A stretch of DNA of 64,000 nucleotides from Rhodosorus marinus CCMP1338 (GCA_029953675.1 JAMWBK010000013.1:186001-250000), one strand, 5' to 3'. Positions 51,651-64,000 are shown, counted from the first letter of the stretch. Notes: generated by a model from the sequence alone, not told the origin. Program-made: numbers and translations.

Positions 51651-52129
51651 TCATCCGATCAATATTCATCCTCAAGAGTCCACCAAGAGATGACCACCGG
51701 TGTCCGTTAGCTCCGTCATCCAACACCGAAGGGCGAGGCCGCCGAGTTCCCCGATATACCTTCCGATCCATCTTCTACTCGGCAGCCTCTCCTTGAGGAA
51801 GCCCTAATATCTCCGAGTTTGTGAGGATGGCAAGGGTTGCCTACCGTGGACTTGTTCCAGCGGCAGCATCGGGATCGAACGCGTTCTGGTTAGCAAGTGA
51901 TATCAGACCTGCGAGGTGTTGTTCAGGAGGTCTTTACCTTTGGGAGTCTTTCTGGTAGTAACCCCAGACTAACGTAACCCCAAGTCTAAAATATATATGT
52001 GTTGCACCCCCTAGATACTCCGGCACAGCCCGAGCATAATCTAGCTCAGCCGGACATTGCTCTGCAAGGATGGGCGTCGCAACCAGTCCGCGAGCGAGCC
52101 TTGCAGAATCGGATAGAGAGTTAGAGATA

Positions 52130-52740
52130 CAGAGAGTGGAGATCCTTAGTTGGGCAGCGTCCAAGCTCTAATCAAAATCTCTGAGCAAGTAGTCAGACGC
52201 GGTCGATCTTCTTCATCGTCAGGAGAATTAAGAGAAGCCCCGGCGTTAGCTGGTGACTTTCATGGGTATCGTTCGTAACCCTGAGGCTGGTCAATGGCCA
52301 GAAGAGAGTGGAGATGAATAGTTGGGCAGCGTCAAACTCGTAATCAAAATCTCTGAGCAAGGAGTCAGACGCGGTCCATCCTCTTCCTCGTCAGGAAGAT
52401 TAAGAAAAGCCCTAGTGCTACTGCCGTTCATCTGCCTATCGTTCCGAACCCTAGAGAAGATCAACGACCGGAGGAGGATGACGACGATGAAACAGAATCT
52501 TCATCCGATAGAGAGAGAGAGCGAGAGCTAGAGCTCATCATCAAAATCTCTGAGCAAGTAGTCAGACGCGGTATATCTTCTTCCTCGTCTGGCTAAGAAA
52601 AAAATCCTGTGGTTGCCAACGTTCATATGCCTATAGTTTGAACCCTAGCGAAGATCAAGGACCGGAGGAGGGTAGGCGACGATTTTTGAAACAGAATCTT
52701 CAGGGAGAGACAGAGAGACTTTAGAGTCCGAAATATCTGA
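52130..52740. repeat. Three diverged tandem copies of a ~170-200 bp unit
   Basis: atcaaaatctctgagcaag(t/g)agtcagacgcggt occurs at about 52171, 52343 and 52540. Confidence 0.92.
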
Positions 52741-52979
52741 AACAGGAGAAATTCTATTGATCAGTTGGACGAAGTACAGTTACGCTTTCCTTCAAGAACC
52801 AAGACAAGGCCGCGCGGCAGCAGAGGAGTTGTTTGGATGATTCTGTGAGGGAGAGAGTATGGGAATGATTGTATCTGAATGGGAATCTGTGAATATATCA
52901 CTGAAAGTTGGAACTTTTGTTTTCTAGGCTGAAGAAGTGAGTTCGAGTTCTGGAGGTGGTTGGCTGCTGTTGGTAGACG

Positions 52980-55900
52980 ATGGAAGCCCTGTTTGTTCAG
53001 AGTGGATTGAAACCTGGTGGTCAGAGGGGTTTTGACAGGACGAGCTCGAGGGTGTGTAAGAGTCAGGGTGCTGTGAGCAGATTTTCGTAAGCACAAGAAC
53101 TCGTGGATGGTTTCTTGTGATGACTGAAGTGAGAGTTTTCTCCTGGGAAACAGCCTTTTTGGAAGAAACCGGAATGCAACCGTGGAGATACAGTCTCGTT
53201 TTCGCCGATGAAAAACGGCAATATGCTTGGATTCGTTGAGGACTCCAAGGGATCAGCCTTTGCTGTCGTGGACGCGCGTGGGACAAAGTTCCTCGTCACT
53301 CAGAAACAGGTTCGTGTTTTGCTCCGCACTGCACTCTGGACCCATCAGCTCCCTTCACCGGATCGATCTGACCAAGGTTTATTCCTCCCAGATCTCCTTC
53401 TCAGGACCCGATTCCGATGTATCCAATCCAGAAGACCTCCAGAGTAAGAAATACAGAAAAGCATTGCCTCTCGACAACATCTCCAGAAACCTGAGCCCTT
53501 CCTCGTCGACAAACAGCGTTCAGGTCGCGAGTTCTAAAACTTGCATCCACCGCATCGAGCAAACTACCATCCCTCTGGAAGGAACGAAGAGGTAAGCAAC
53601 CCCTGTTCCATGTCCTTCGGGGTGCGAGATACACCAAACACTGAAGCCGAACTATGTCATAACTGCTACTCGTAGACAAGGATGCGGCAATAAGCATCGA
53701 GGAATTAGCAGTCTATCTCTTCCAGTCCAGCGGCTCACTTGAGCTCCACGCTGTGTTTGAGCTGGTTCGTGACAACAATCCCTACTTGAAGAAGAAGAGC
53801 AGACAGAAGTAAGAGAAGTCTTTTAGCCACGCGCCGGAGAAGAGCTTCCTCCACCGGATCAACGAGCACCAACCCTGTGTGTGTCTCTCTCTTTCGAGCA
53901 GGAAGGGTGGTGAACTGGTGTTCACGTTCCGTCCCGAGTCTCAAGTTAGAGAGCTAGAAATTCTCTCACAGAACAGTTTGGAGAGGTCCGAGACGCGGGA
54001 GATGCGGTTGGCGAGGATGGAGAGCTCGATACGAGGCGGTGGTGAGGATAGACTGCTCGTCTTCTTGTGGATCCCCAAGCCTTCGAAATCTGATGTTTGG
54101 TGCTCCCTTAGATGAATCGATGCTTTCGGATCAAGACCGGGAAGTGGTGGCATTCATTGAGACGCTTAGCCTATCGATGGGTGCTCGGATGCCGTTGCAG
54201 AAGGGGTTGGACAAAAGCCGAAACTCGCAAGACGCGTTTGAGGTGATGTCAAGGTTAAAGGTGGAGAAAACGCCGCAAGGTGCCTTCCAGGTAGGGCCGT
54301 CCACGCGTCTTTTCAACCTCTCCAATGGAATCTCAGGACTCACACGCATTGCTTTTCGTCATGAACAAGGCAATGGTGATGCTAGGCCGGTTTAAAAAGC
54401 ACGAAAATCTTCATCTCCGTCGTTCATTTCTACATCCAGTTGAGTTTTCATCGGAAGTAATGGAGGTAGGACCACCAACCCCGAGACGATCAGCCTTGCG
54501 CTTGCTAAAAAACACCTGTCTCTCACCTACAGGAACTGAAGAAGAAGCAGTCACATGAATTCGTGGACGTTGATAAGAAGCGAAGAAGAGACCTCACTCA
54601 CCTCGCCTGCTACGGCATCGATACTTCCGATGCCGTAGAGGTCGACGATGCAATCTCCATTGAGCACGGGTCTGAACCCGGGGAACCAGTAAGCTGGCCA
54701 AGTCTATCCATGCGGAGAGTTTTCTTGTTTTTTAAAGCTAACCTCTTCTTTGTCGTCGAAAACAGCCCACGCTATGGGTTCACATCGCCGATCCGACGCG
54801 ATGGTTGGATACCACCGACCAGCTCACAAGAGAAGCTCTAAGACGGTCGTGTTCAGTATACTTACCCACCGAAGACATTCCGATGTTTCCAATGCCAATC
54901 GTGGAATCGATGTTCTCGCTGTTAGCCAAGGAGACCACCGAGGCGCTCAGCATTGGGTTTCAGGTCAATGAGGATGGACGGATCGATGAAGACTATGAAA
55001 TCTGTACATCCCTGGTTTCAACGCAAAAGGTGAGGAAACGAGTTTCGTACCGATACGTTCCTTGCTGCTTCGGACTAAAGTTCGTAGTCGGTTCCGCTTA
55101 GATTACTTATGACGATGTTGATGCGCTTCTCGAGAGTGCTGATGGAGGTGCGTGAACTGGTTAGGACAGGTAGTGTCGCAGTTTTGGGCTGATAAATATT
55201 GTTTTCTCGGTATGCAGACCAAGCCTGGAAAGACTTTCATGATCTGGAAGTGGCTTGTCGGCAACGAAGAGCTTGGAGAACAGGACAGGGTGCTTTTACA
55301 GTTGAGCTTGAAAACCCGAAGCTCAGAGTGGAAGGATTCAATGGAGAAAACCCGAAAGTGTCGATTGAGATCAGCAGAATGGATACCCTGGCGTGGAACA
55401 TTGTTGAGGAGATGATGCTTGCGGCTGGTATGTCCACGGACTATGTGGACTTTCACCTCGGCGTGCTAAAACATACGTTGAAATCGCTGAGAGTTTTCGT
55501 TTTGTTTTTGCGAACGACACTATTTTTCAGGCGAAGTTGCAGGCCGCTTTTGTAAGAAGAATCGAATTCCGGTGGCATTTCGAAGTCAGCTTCCGCCGAA
55601 AGAACCAGTGAGTCATAAGCACAAAAGCCATTTTGGGGGTTGGGGGGAAGGCTATTTCACTGTATAGCAGGCCGCTGACGATTTTCTGTCCTCTGGAAAC
55701 GAACTAGCAGCAGTCCGAAGACGCGGAAGCCAATAGCATTCCTGAGGGCTGCGCTAAGTCGGTAGCTCTGCTAAGATTGATGCGGCCGTCCGAGATAGAT
55801 GTGAGACCTGCTCGGCATTCTGGGATCGGTCTTGACTTATACTCTCAAGTCACCAGTCCGATCAGAAGAGCGACAGACTTGTTGGCACACTTTCAGATCA

Positions 55901-56527
55901 AAGCGTTTCTAAGGGGTAAGCTCTTCCCCGACCGCGATAGTGTGTGGTTCGCTTTCCCTTTGCCTCAATGACACAGTCCCACGTGTTGATTTTATTCGGC
56001 CAGGTGACAAGGTACCGTTTTCCACCGCCAACATGGAGAACTACTTGATGGACATAACACAAGCGGTGAAGCAAATCCGGTAGGTGTTCATCAGATCCAT
56101 TTCCAACCAGTGAGGAAGCACTGGTTGCTCAGACTGACGTGTTGCATTGTCTGTCGAGCTTCAGGGGGATTGAAAACCGAACAAAGAGGTACTGGACTTT
56201 AGAAAGGCTTAGACAGGACGAGATGGAGGGAAAGAGCTTTCAGGAGGGCGTCGTCGTTGGGTACAGAAGCGAGGTATGTGCTCACCGTTTTGCCCATCGC
56301 TTACGGCTAGTCAGTTTGTGGGCTGAGGCATGAACTCGGTTCTTGTCGTTTGGTTGTCTCTGCAGGACAAGCTCATCATCATTGTCATGCTGGACTCGTA
56401 CGCTACTCAAATCAACGCGCGGACTCTGTTCGCGCTTCCTCTAGGGACACGCGTGCTCCTTGAAATTCTAAGCGCTGAACCGAGAAGCAACAACCTGAAA
56501 GCTTTTGTGAGAAAACGTCTTCAGTAG
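52980..56527 (+). CDS. rnb: RNase II/R (RNB domain) exoribonuclease, probably plastid-targeted; many exons
   Basis: N-terminus MEALFVQSG is transit-peptide-like. RNB motifs RRDLTHLACYGIDTSDAVEVDDAIS, VHIADP, RSCSVYLPT, IVEEMML and HSGIGLDLYSQVTSPIRRATDLLAHFQIKA are present. The start is approximate. Confidence 0.93.
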
Positions 56528-57349
56528 ACCGAGCACGTTAATCGAAAACCCGGAAGAGACGAGTTTTCGTTTAACATGCCGTCGTGCGAGGGTTTTCATG
56601 GCACCGTCTGGAGACTTTGATGGACTCATGGCAGACGATGAGGAAACTGACTTTTAGCTACTGCTATCCGATCCTTTTGTTTTCGGATTTGATAACAGAA
56701 AACCAAGCAAAACAAGGCAAAGGAGAGATTTACTTCGTTTTAAGACAAGGAACACAGACTCCTTCGGCGGTGACCGGAGCACTGTCTCCATCCGCTCAAG
56801 CTCACTCTTTCAGACTTTCAGATGTGATGTGCTGGATTGGCTATGACCCTGGCGTGGCTTGAAGAAGTCGAATCCAGATGCTCGACAATACTTTCCCCCC
56901 CCCCCCCGGCAAAAAATAAACGGGAGCGAAAGTCGGCAGCGTGACCATCCTGTTGGAAGCTATCTTGTTGGATCAGAGCTACCGTAGTGTAGGGTTACAG
57001 ATGTGAAAAGGCTGTAGTCGTTTGTTGTTTTTAGAGCAGATCTAGGCTTGTCAAGTCACGTACATCTGAATACGATCCCGTCGCAAGTGGCAATGTCCCC
57101 CTCGATGGGGGGCAGCCTTCCTGGTCAAGTTGAGTATTGAAGCTCACGGTTGGTGAACATTGTGCGCAGGAGCCTCGAGCGCGTGAGCGGAAGCACTGAA
57201 GTAGAGGAGACGATTCTAGAGAGGTTGAAGATCACCTCATTTTGTTTTTTCTTCCTTCTTGAGAAAAGGAGGGATGTGGACGGTTTCCTAATCCATAGGA
57301 GTCGAACAGGAGGGGAAGAAAAAAGTTGTTCACTCAAAAACGAAAAGGG

Positions 57350-58241
57350 ATGGATACCTTCACGAAGGTTTATCCTCCTCAGGAAGACACTTTCTTGCTA
57401 ATCGACGCGATGCTCGCTGATAAGGATCGGCTTCTCGCGCTTCAACCAGGTGGCCTCGCCGTCGAGATCGGGTAAAACACGCCTCCCGCAACCTCAACGA
57501 AGGTCCTCTCCTCTCTAATCACTTCTCTCTGGACTTGGGGCCCGCGTGTTTCTCTACTTCTTCTTATTCTTCTCTTCAAACAGCTGTGGAAGTGGTGAAG
57601 TAACCTCAGAGCTCATCAAGCTCCTCGGGAAGAACCTCTACGTCCTATCAACCGACGTCAATCCCATCGCTCTGGCCCAATGCCAAAATCTGAACATAGT
57701 ACAAGTTAGTACTGCATAAGTGTTGTCATAATATAGAAATACAATCCCCGACACTTTTTAGTACTCTGTACTAAGTGAGACTATAGTACTTCTTAGTACA
57801 TTCCAGGGAACTAATATTTGTTTTTCTTCTTTTTTGTTATTTGTACATTTTACTAACAAGGTGAAACAGTCAGGAAGGTGGGATGTAGTGTTGGCGGATC
57901 TGATGGATTGGCTTCGCGCGGAGGTTGATTTGCTGGTTTTCAATCCACCGTACGTTCCTACTGATGCTGAGGAGTATCTCCGGTCTCTGAAGTGTCGAGA
58001 TATCTCGGCTGCGTGGGCAGGAGGGAGTCGAGGTCGCGAGGTGATCGATCGATTTCTGCCGGAGCTGAGGCGCGTGGTTCGTCCCGGCGGCCTGGTGTAC
58101 CTGGTGGTCCTCGAGAACAACGAGCCGGAGGAGATACTCGAGTTTGTGCGACGAGAGGGTTTCCGTGCGGAAATCGCGATGAGCAGGACGGCCGGTATCG
58201 AGAAATTGCACATTCTTCGGTTTGAGAGGCCCATCGCCTAG
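57350..58241 (+). CDS. N6AMT1: HemK2/N6AMT1/Mtq2 eRF1 glutamine methyltransferase; three exons
   Basis: VYPPQEDTFLLIDA, VEIG|CGSG, TDVNP, DLLVFNPPYVPT, WAGGSRGREVIDRFL. Confidence 0.95.
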
Positions 58242-60692
58242 CCACCACGTTCTCGAATCGCTTCTTCAGCCGCCTTCTTCCCCAGCCAGTACGCCGCAGT
58301 GAAACCCTCCCAGTAGTGTACCCATTCTTCTGGGTAGCTCGTGCTGTCATCGTTCCGATCCGGCGCAACAACGTCCACCACGGTCAAAGCTTCTGTGGTG
58401 TTAACCTGTGGTCTACGGCTCAATGCGTCGTCAAGGCCGGCTTCTTTGTCTGCACCAGAGGGAGATCCCTGGAGACCAGCCTTGGATTTATCATACTTGG
58501 AGAGATCGACCTTGGAGAGATCAACTGAACACCACTCCATCTCAAGCTGCATCGCATTCTCAAACCGCATGAGGTCGTAACCCCGAGCGATGGATACAGA
58601 AGTCCCAGAGGTACCGTATCTACCTGCCCTGCCCACACGATGGAGGTAAGACTCGAGGTTCCTCGGCAGGTCGAGGTTAATTACAAGGTCACAGTTCGGT
58701 AGGTCCAGACCTCTTGAAAGTAAATCTGTGGCGACTAGGATCTTCAGCTCACCGTCGCGAAAACGTCCGAGTACCTCTGTCGAAGCAGAAAGTATCCTTG
58801 GAAAGTTAAGACCTTTCCCGGAATTCGCATGGCTGGGCCACCAAGACGGATTACTTACCGTTCCTTGTAGCCTGAGACTCAGACCCGTTGGTACTTGATG
58901 CGGACAGCCCCGCCTCACCGAACACGCTTGCGACGTCCTTCCCTGCCGATTTTTCGTTGCAAAAGCATATGCACTGCCTGAACGGAAAGGAAAGAACCAC
59001 CTCACGAGCGATTGCGGCCTTTTGTACCCACGACAAGTTGTCGTTCACCTCCACTTTCCTTTGAACGACGCCCTGCAGAACAGCGCCGACGTGGTCTCCT
59101 ATCAACCCAAGAAGAAACGATAAACTTTCGAATCAGTATCAATGCAAGCTCGGGCTTTCTCAAAAATTCAAAAGCTTTCGTCCAACCTACCTTTGTCAGG
59201 CTGTTTCTCCTCCAGCGATATGTACTGAGGATCCCGTAAGACTCCCATCAACCTCTCGGTCATCGCCTGAGGAAACGTCGCAGAGAAGATAGCCATCTGC
59301 TTCGGATCCGGAATCATCTTCACGATCCACGGCACCTAGATTGAAAACGCAGCACCCTCTCGCATTAGTACATTCCGTCCTCAGAGGCTGGTTGGTTACA
59401 ACCAGATTCATTCCACAATTCTAGTCTCCATCCAGATCCATCGAGCAGGTCAGGTCTGTGACCAGACTCGCCAGCCCAGCATGGTCTACGATGACCAGAC
59501 AAGATGGACTATCACACTCACCGTTTGACTAAATGTTCCTTCGAGGAGCTTATCTGCTTCGTCCAAGACCACGAGCTTCACGTGGGACGGGTCGAGTATG
59601 TGATCGCGAAGGAGGCCTCTGATTCTCCCGGGCGTACCAATCGCGACGTCGACGCCTTTCTGCAAGGCCTGGACGTCCTTTCCGACGTTGATTCCGCCAA
59701 TGAAGTGTGCGACTTTCACCGGCGGTGATTCGCCGCCGTCCATCTCATTGCAAAGCTTCCTAGCGACATCTGATATCTGGAGAACGATCTCCCTGGTAGG
59801 AGCGAGGATCAGAGCTGACGGGCCTGCTCTTGAGGCGCTACTGGCTCGATTCCTATTCAAAGCGGACTCAATTGATATAACGCAGAAGACTACGGTCTTT
59901 CCGGTGCCACTCTTCGCCTGAGCAATGAAGTCTACGCCAAGCCGGCCGATGGGAATCGCACGAAGTTGAACGGGCGACGGTTTCACAAAGCCGCAGCGAC
60001 TTGATGGGCCAATAGAAACCAGAAACAAGAAAAAAATTTCAGAGACCCTCAGACAGAGCCACTTGAACAACGGCCTACCCCGTACGGAATTCGACAGTAT
60101 TTCTAGGCTTGAGTATCGTGAAGAGACCACACTCATATTGCGAGTATGGTCAAGCTGTACTCATTCTGTGCGAAGGACGCAGACCTTACTCGGTAGGAGA
60201 GTATGGTCAAGAGACCATGCTTACTCACTGAATAAGGACTGAGATACACTCGTATGATCGAAAGAGTACAGACGTTACTCACTTCAGGGATGTGAGCAGA
60301 GAGCTGGGGAGCATGAGCTGTTCAAAATCAGCATCAGCATCTTCGCCTGTGAGAATGACGTCGCTTGTGCGCATTATCCCGCTATGTCCATCCTGAATGA
60401 AGGTCGGCGCCCCACTCGTTCTCTTCCGCTTCTTCTCGACTGGTCGCGTTCTGACCTGTACGATCTCGTCCTTGTCTTCAGACCATAACATCTCCTCGTC
60501 AACCGTAGCTTCCAATTTTCCACGACGAGTCGACGACGCGTCGACTTGCCGATCAAACAGAACATCAGCGCCTTTGCTCTCAAGCCATCGATCGAGAACT
60601 GCCGATTCCTTTTGCTTCAGTCCCGCCATCAAGCTTACATCGTCGCTCGCGTCATGTTCGTCGAGCAGCATGATGCATTTCAAAGAAGCCAA
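58238..60692 (-). CDS. DDX20: DEAD-box RNA helicase DDX20/Gemin3-like; multi-exon, 5' end uncertain
   Basis: RTSDVIL...FEQLML..LLTSL|NRCGFVKPSPVQ, AQAKSGTGKT, PTREI, TPGR, LDEADKL, FSAT, VATDLLSRGLD and HRVGRAGRYG, plus a W/Y-rich C-terminal motif (EEWVHYWEGFTAAYW). Confidence 0.92.
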
Positions 60693-60949
60693 GGGGCTAG
60701 AACGCAGCTACAGGCTGCGTCTCTACTTCCTAGTCGTTACTTATATCACAGCTCGCAAGACTTAAGCTGTATTGTTCCTTCGACCGTTGTTACAGCCGAA
60801 GGCCGCGTGCGTCTCTCCTTCCTCCTGCTTCGTCTCATCTGCCCCCAAGTGCAGCATCACTACCCTCAACCAGAGAAGGACTCGGCACGAGAGGATGTTA
60901 GGGCGATTTGATACTCTGGACGAAAGCGTGGATCCTCTTGCATCCGCAG

Positions 60950-61560
60950 TCGGGACTAGTCTACGCCGCTTAACAGCGAAATGGGACACTGTCCTCGCGA
61001 TTGAGGGGGGGATACAACCAACCCACTGGTGCTTCCACAACCCAGCGAGTCTGTAGTAGACCGTACTCAGTCCGGGAGTGTGTCCGGGGGTCTACTAATC
61101 TTCGGACGGAATATGGGACACCGTCCTCGCGATTGAGGGGGGATACAACCAACCCACTCGTCCTTCCACAACCCAGTGAGTTGGTAGTAGAGCATACTCA
61201 GCCTCTGAGCATGTCCAGGGGTCTTTTAATCTTGGGACTGATCTACGCCGCTTGAGAGCAAAATGGGACACTGTCCCTCGATCGGGGGGGATACAACCAA
61301 CTCCCTCCTCCTTCCAACTGGCCCAGCAAGTCGGTAGTACACAATATCAGCCTGCGAGTAGGTCCAAGAGCCTTTTAAATCTTGGGACTTGTCTAGGCCG
61401 GTTGAGAAGAAAATGGGACACTGTCCCCGCGACTTGGGGACAGTGTCCCATTTTCCTATCATCCCACTCCTCCTTCCAATTAGCTCAGCGAGTCGGTTGT
61501 ACACAATACTCAGCCTATGACTATGCACAGGGGTCTTTCATTCTTGCTATTGATATATCA
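60950..61560. repeat. Four diverged tandem units (132-150 bp); the last contains a perfect 20-bp inverted repeat (61409-61455)
   Basis: a(a/t)atgggacac(t/c)gtcc occurs at about 60979, 61111, 61261 and 61411. The inverted repeat is gaaaatgggacactgtcccc-gcgactt-ggggacagtgtcccattttc. Confidence 0.93.
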
Positions 61561-61895
61561 AACCTGTGGATAGGTCCCACAGGTGCCCTCATAGCTAAAG
61601 AACAAACCCTGTGATATTGAGTACCGAACCGTGTACCTTTACGAAGAGTATCAAACCAGAATCTGGTCGATATATCAGATTTACTGTGGTTGTATCCTGA
61701 ATCTCGTATATTCATCCGATTTTGGAGAATTATACCAGATTCGGGTTTGTTTTCTGATATGGTAAGTCATTTGAGATCGGATCGATTAGTATTGACGGAG
61801 GGGGATGGACATTGGGGATGATGGATTGCCTGGAGAGATGGAGTAGACGATGCCTTAAGCTCGGATGGTGACAACTTTGACTGGTTAAATGAGCG

Positions 61896-63256
61896 ATGTT
61901 ATTGATCCTGGTTGGAGCGCCAATGAGTGGTCGTCGAACTGCTATGAGTTGGCTGGGAGAGAATGGGTTTCGATGTGTGGATGGGGATGACGTGAGGACT
62001 GGGGTATGTGGCCTGGCCGGTGAGGTTCCGATGGTGACGATCGCACAAGATGGCAAGGATGTGGATCGACTGTCTAATGTATCTATGTCGTTCATTCTGG
62101 CGATTGATGCCCCTCACGGTGTCAGATGGCGAAGGCAGATGGAAAGGGGTGGTGGAAGACTTGAGGACTTTGTGAAGGAGTCGGACAGCCTAATGTATGA
62201 CTGTGAGAATGTGAGCATACTACCCACTTATTTGAAGAAAAGGGAGAAAATCGAGTACCATGGACTGAAGAAATTTGTTTGTCTGCCCTGTTGAAGAAAG
62301 GTACTCCTCTGCGAACCTGGATGAGGAAGGCCACGCTCCGGGCCTTGAATCAAGGATCCCTCGAGGAGTTTTACTCGCAACTGGAAGGCCTCGATCTGAG
62401 AAATCCAGTCCACGCCCGCCCCTCTTGGGATATGTACTTTCTCCAGCTCGCCGTCCTCGCATCAAAGAGAACAAATTGTATGAAGCGAGCCGTCGGCGCC
62501 GTCATCGTTAAGAACAATCGAGTTGTATCTACTGGATACAATGGCACCCCAAGCGGGTAAGAATTCGTCTCCCAGATCCACTCTACTATGACCACACTCA
62601 TGCATGCATGAGTGTGGTCATAGTCGTTGAATAAACGTGGTAGGGACTCCCTTCTCTACAGGAAAACCCAGACGTCTGAAGGAACCCTCTCCCCATCGTT
62701 TCTAAACCCTTCAGACTCAAAAACTGCAGCGAAGGAGGATGCAAGAGATGCAATAGCTTTGCTCGTATGGGTCTCTCGCTGGACGCCTGTCTGTGCCTTC
62801 ACGCTGAAGAGAATGCTATCATAGAAGCTGGAAGTAGTAGATGTGAAGACGCTACCCTCTATTCCTCGCTATTTCCGTGCCTGGCCTGCACAAAGCTGAT
62901 CATGCAGGTGAGTTGGTAGACGGTCCCACACTGTTCACAGAGATAAGCCGTTCGTGGTGACCTACTTGGGGCCTGGGTCGGCCCCTATCAGACTCATGGA
63001 ATGAATCTGGTGATGTCCGATCACACATAGAGTGCGGTCTGAGATATATCCATAGTCAATCTGATATGCGCCGTTGCTATCGGCATTGATGTTTCCAACA
63101 CGGTGAGAGACGAGACGCGCTGACTTGATAGCGGTCTGGTCTACGTAGGTTGGCATCACTAGACTAATTTATAACAGTTCGTACGCGACTGACGAACGAG
63201 CAGAGGCGATGATGATCAGCTCCGGAATTCAAGTTCTTCAAGGAGGTCCGTTGTAG
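61896..63256 (+). CDS. DCD1: dCMP deaminase, fungal DCD1-type with a degenerate N-terminal P-loop-like domain; four exons
   Basis: [36 protein letters not shown] and PCLAC. Introns at about 62211-62296, 62557-62714 and 62908-63148. Confidence 0.95.
62585..62624. repeat. Perfect 40-bp palindrome inside DCD intron 2
   Basis: actatgaccacactcatgca|tgcatgagtgtggtcatagt is its own reverse complement. Confidence 0.97.
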
Positions 63257-63584
63257 ACATCAAGCAGCTCGTCGTTTTGAGGTGATTTGGAGTCGGGAGG
63301 AGGAGATAGGAAAAACCAGGCCTTATCAAACTTGTGACGAGCAAAGGCCGTCACCCACCAACTTGAAAGGGTTTCTCGGTTGCTCGAGGCTTGTCGTTTG
63401 GTCCTTTGTCATACGTAGTGTTCAGTTCTGCTCCTACCTGCCACTACGAAGGACTCATCTTGGTGAACAGTGGGACGGTCTATCAACTCATCTGCATGAT
63501 CAACTTTCTCCCAAAGGGAACTGCTTGGGTAGAATCGGATAGGCAGTTCTTCCAGCTATTCCCCGTTCGATAATTGAGGGAACA

Positions 63585-63800
63585 CCATTGTGACTATGAA
63601 GGTATCTATCAAGCTGAGGAGTGTCAAGAACTGTACCCAAGGTAGGGTAGGTTAGCGTAGTTCATGCAACCATTTCCCAAACGGCAAGATTCCAGACCAT
63701 TGTGACTGTGAACGTATGTATACACCTAGCAAGCTGAGGTTCGGCATGGTCAACAACCCTGCCGAAGGTGGGGAAGATAGGTTAGTGTAGTTCATGACAC
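63585..63800. repeat. Diverged tandem duplication (about 110 bp period)
   Basis: accattgtgact(a/g)tgaa...caagctgagg...taggttag(c/t)gtagttcatg occurs twice. Confidence 0.8.
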
Positions 63801-64000
63801 GACTTCCCGTCCGAGGAACAATCCGGACCTCGCTAGAACAAAGCATATGTAGGTGTAGATATATCTCCATGGAGTTCACATGACGAAGGAGGTAACCGTG
63901 AACGCGTTACTAAAGGACTCCCTATTGGAGCCTGTCAGGAGGGAATAAGGAATCCATCTTTGCCTTAAAAGAGACCCTAATGGGTTGTGTGGCTACGTTC

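Noticed and set aside
60950-61560. CRISPR-like array (also considered for 52130-52740 and 25280-25790)
   Set aside because: The context is eukaryotic, whole units are homologous with no unique spacers, the periods are too long and variable, and no cas genes are present.

Overview
This is a gene-dense eukaryotic nuclear window with short spliceosomal introns, GA/CT-rich 5' regions and AT-rich spacers. Plastid-function genes (LPA3/DUF1995, an MGDG-synthase-like GT28, an RNase II with a transit-peptide-like N-terminus), LpxC and the Copia motifs suggest a unicellular red alga; this is inference, not a database result. There are about 17 recognisable protein genes: organellar SerRS (partial), three glutaredoxin paralogs, a GT2 glycosyltransferase (plus a rearranged pseudogene copy), an iPLA2-gamma-like patatin, BCAT, a bacterial-type PTPS/QueD-like gene, LPA3, a TRIC/TMEM38-like channel, a SnRK/CIPK-like kinase, a coiled-coil protein, the MGD-like GT28, LpxC, RNase II/R, HemK2/N6AMT1, DDX20 and a fungal-type dCMP deaminase. 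The spacers hold decayed CRE-like, Gypsy, Copia and possibly MULE relics and many diverged 110-200 bp tandem duplications. Most interesting: (1) an otherwise intact renalase-like FAD oxidoreductase broken only by two in-frame TAG codons at probable Trp positions (editing/readthrough versus CCAG>CTAG hypermutation, also seen in the GT2 pseudogene); (2) an MGD-like enzyme with no transit peptide, an acidic dileucine motif and a C-terminal TM anchor, next to LpxC; (3) a duplicated Grx-GT2 module with reciprocal fates; (4) a family of short foldback hairpins in neighbouring introns, including a perfect 40-bp palindrome; (5) convergent genes sharing a CTAG stop overlap. All exon structures were assembled by eye.
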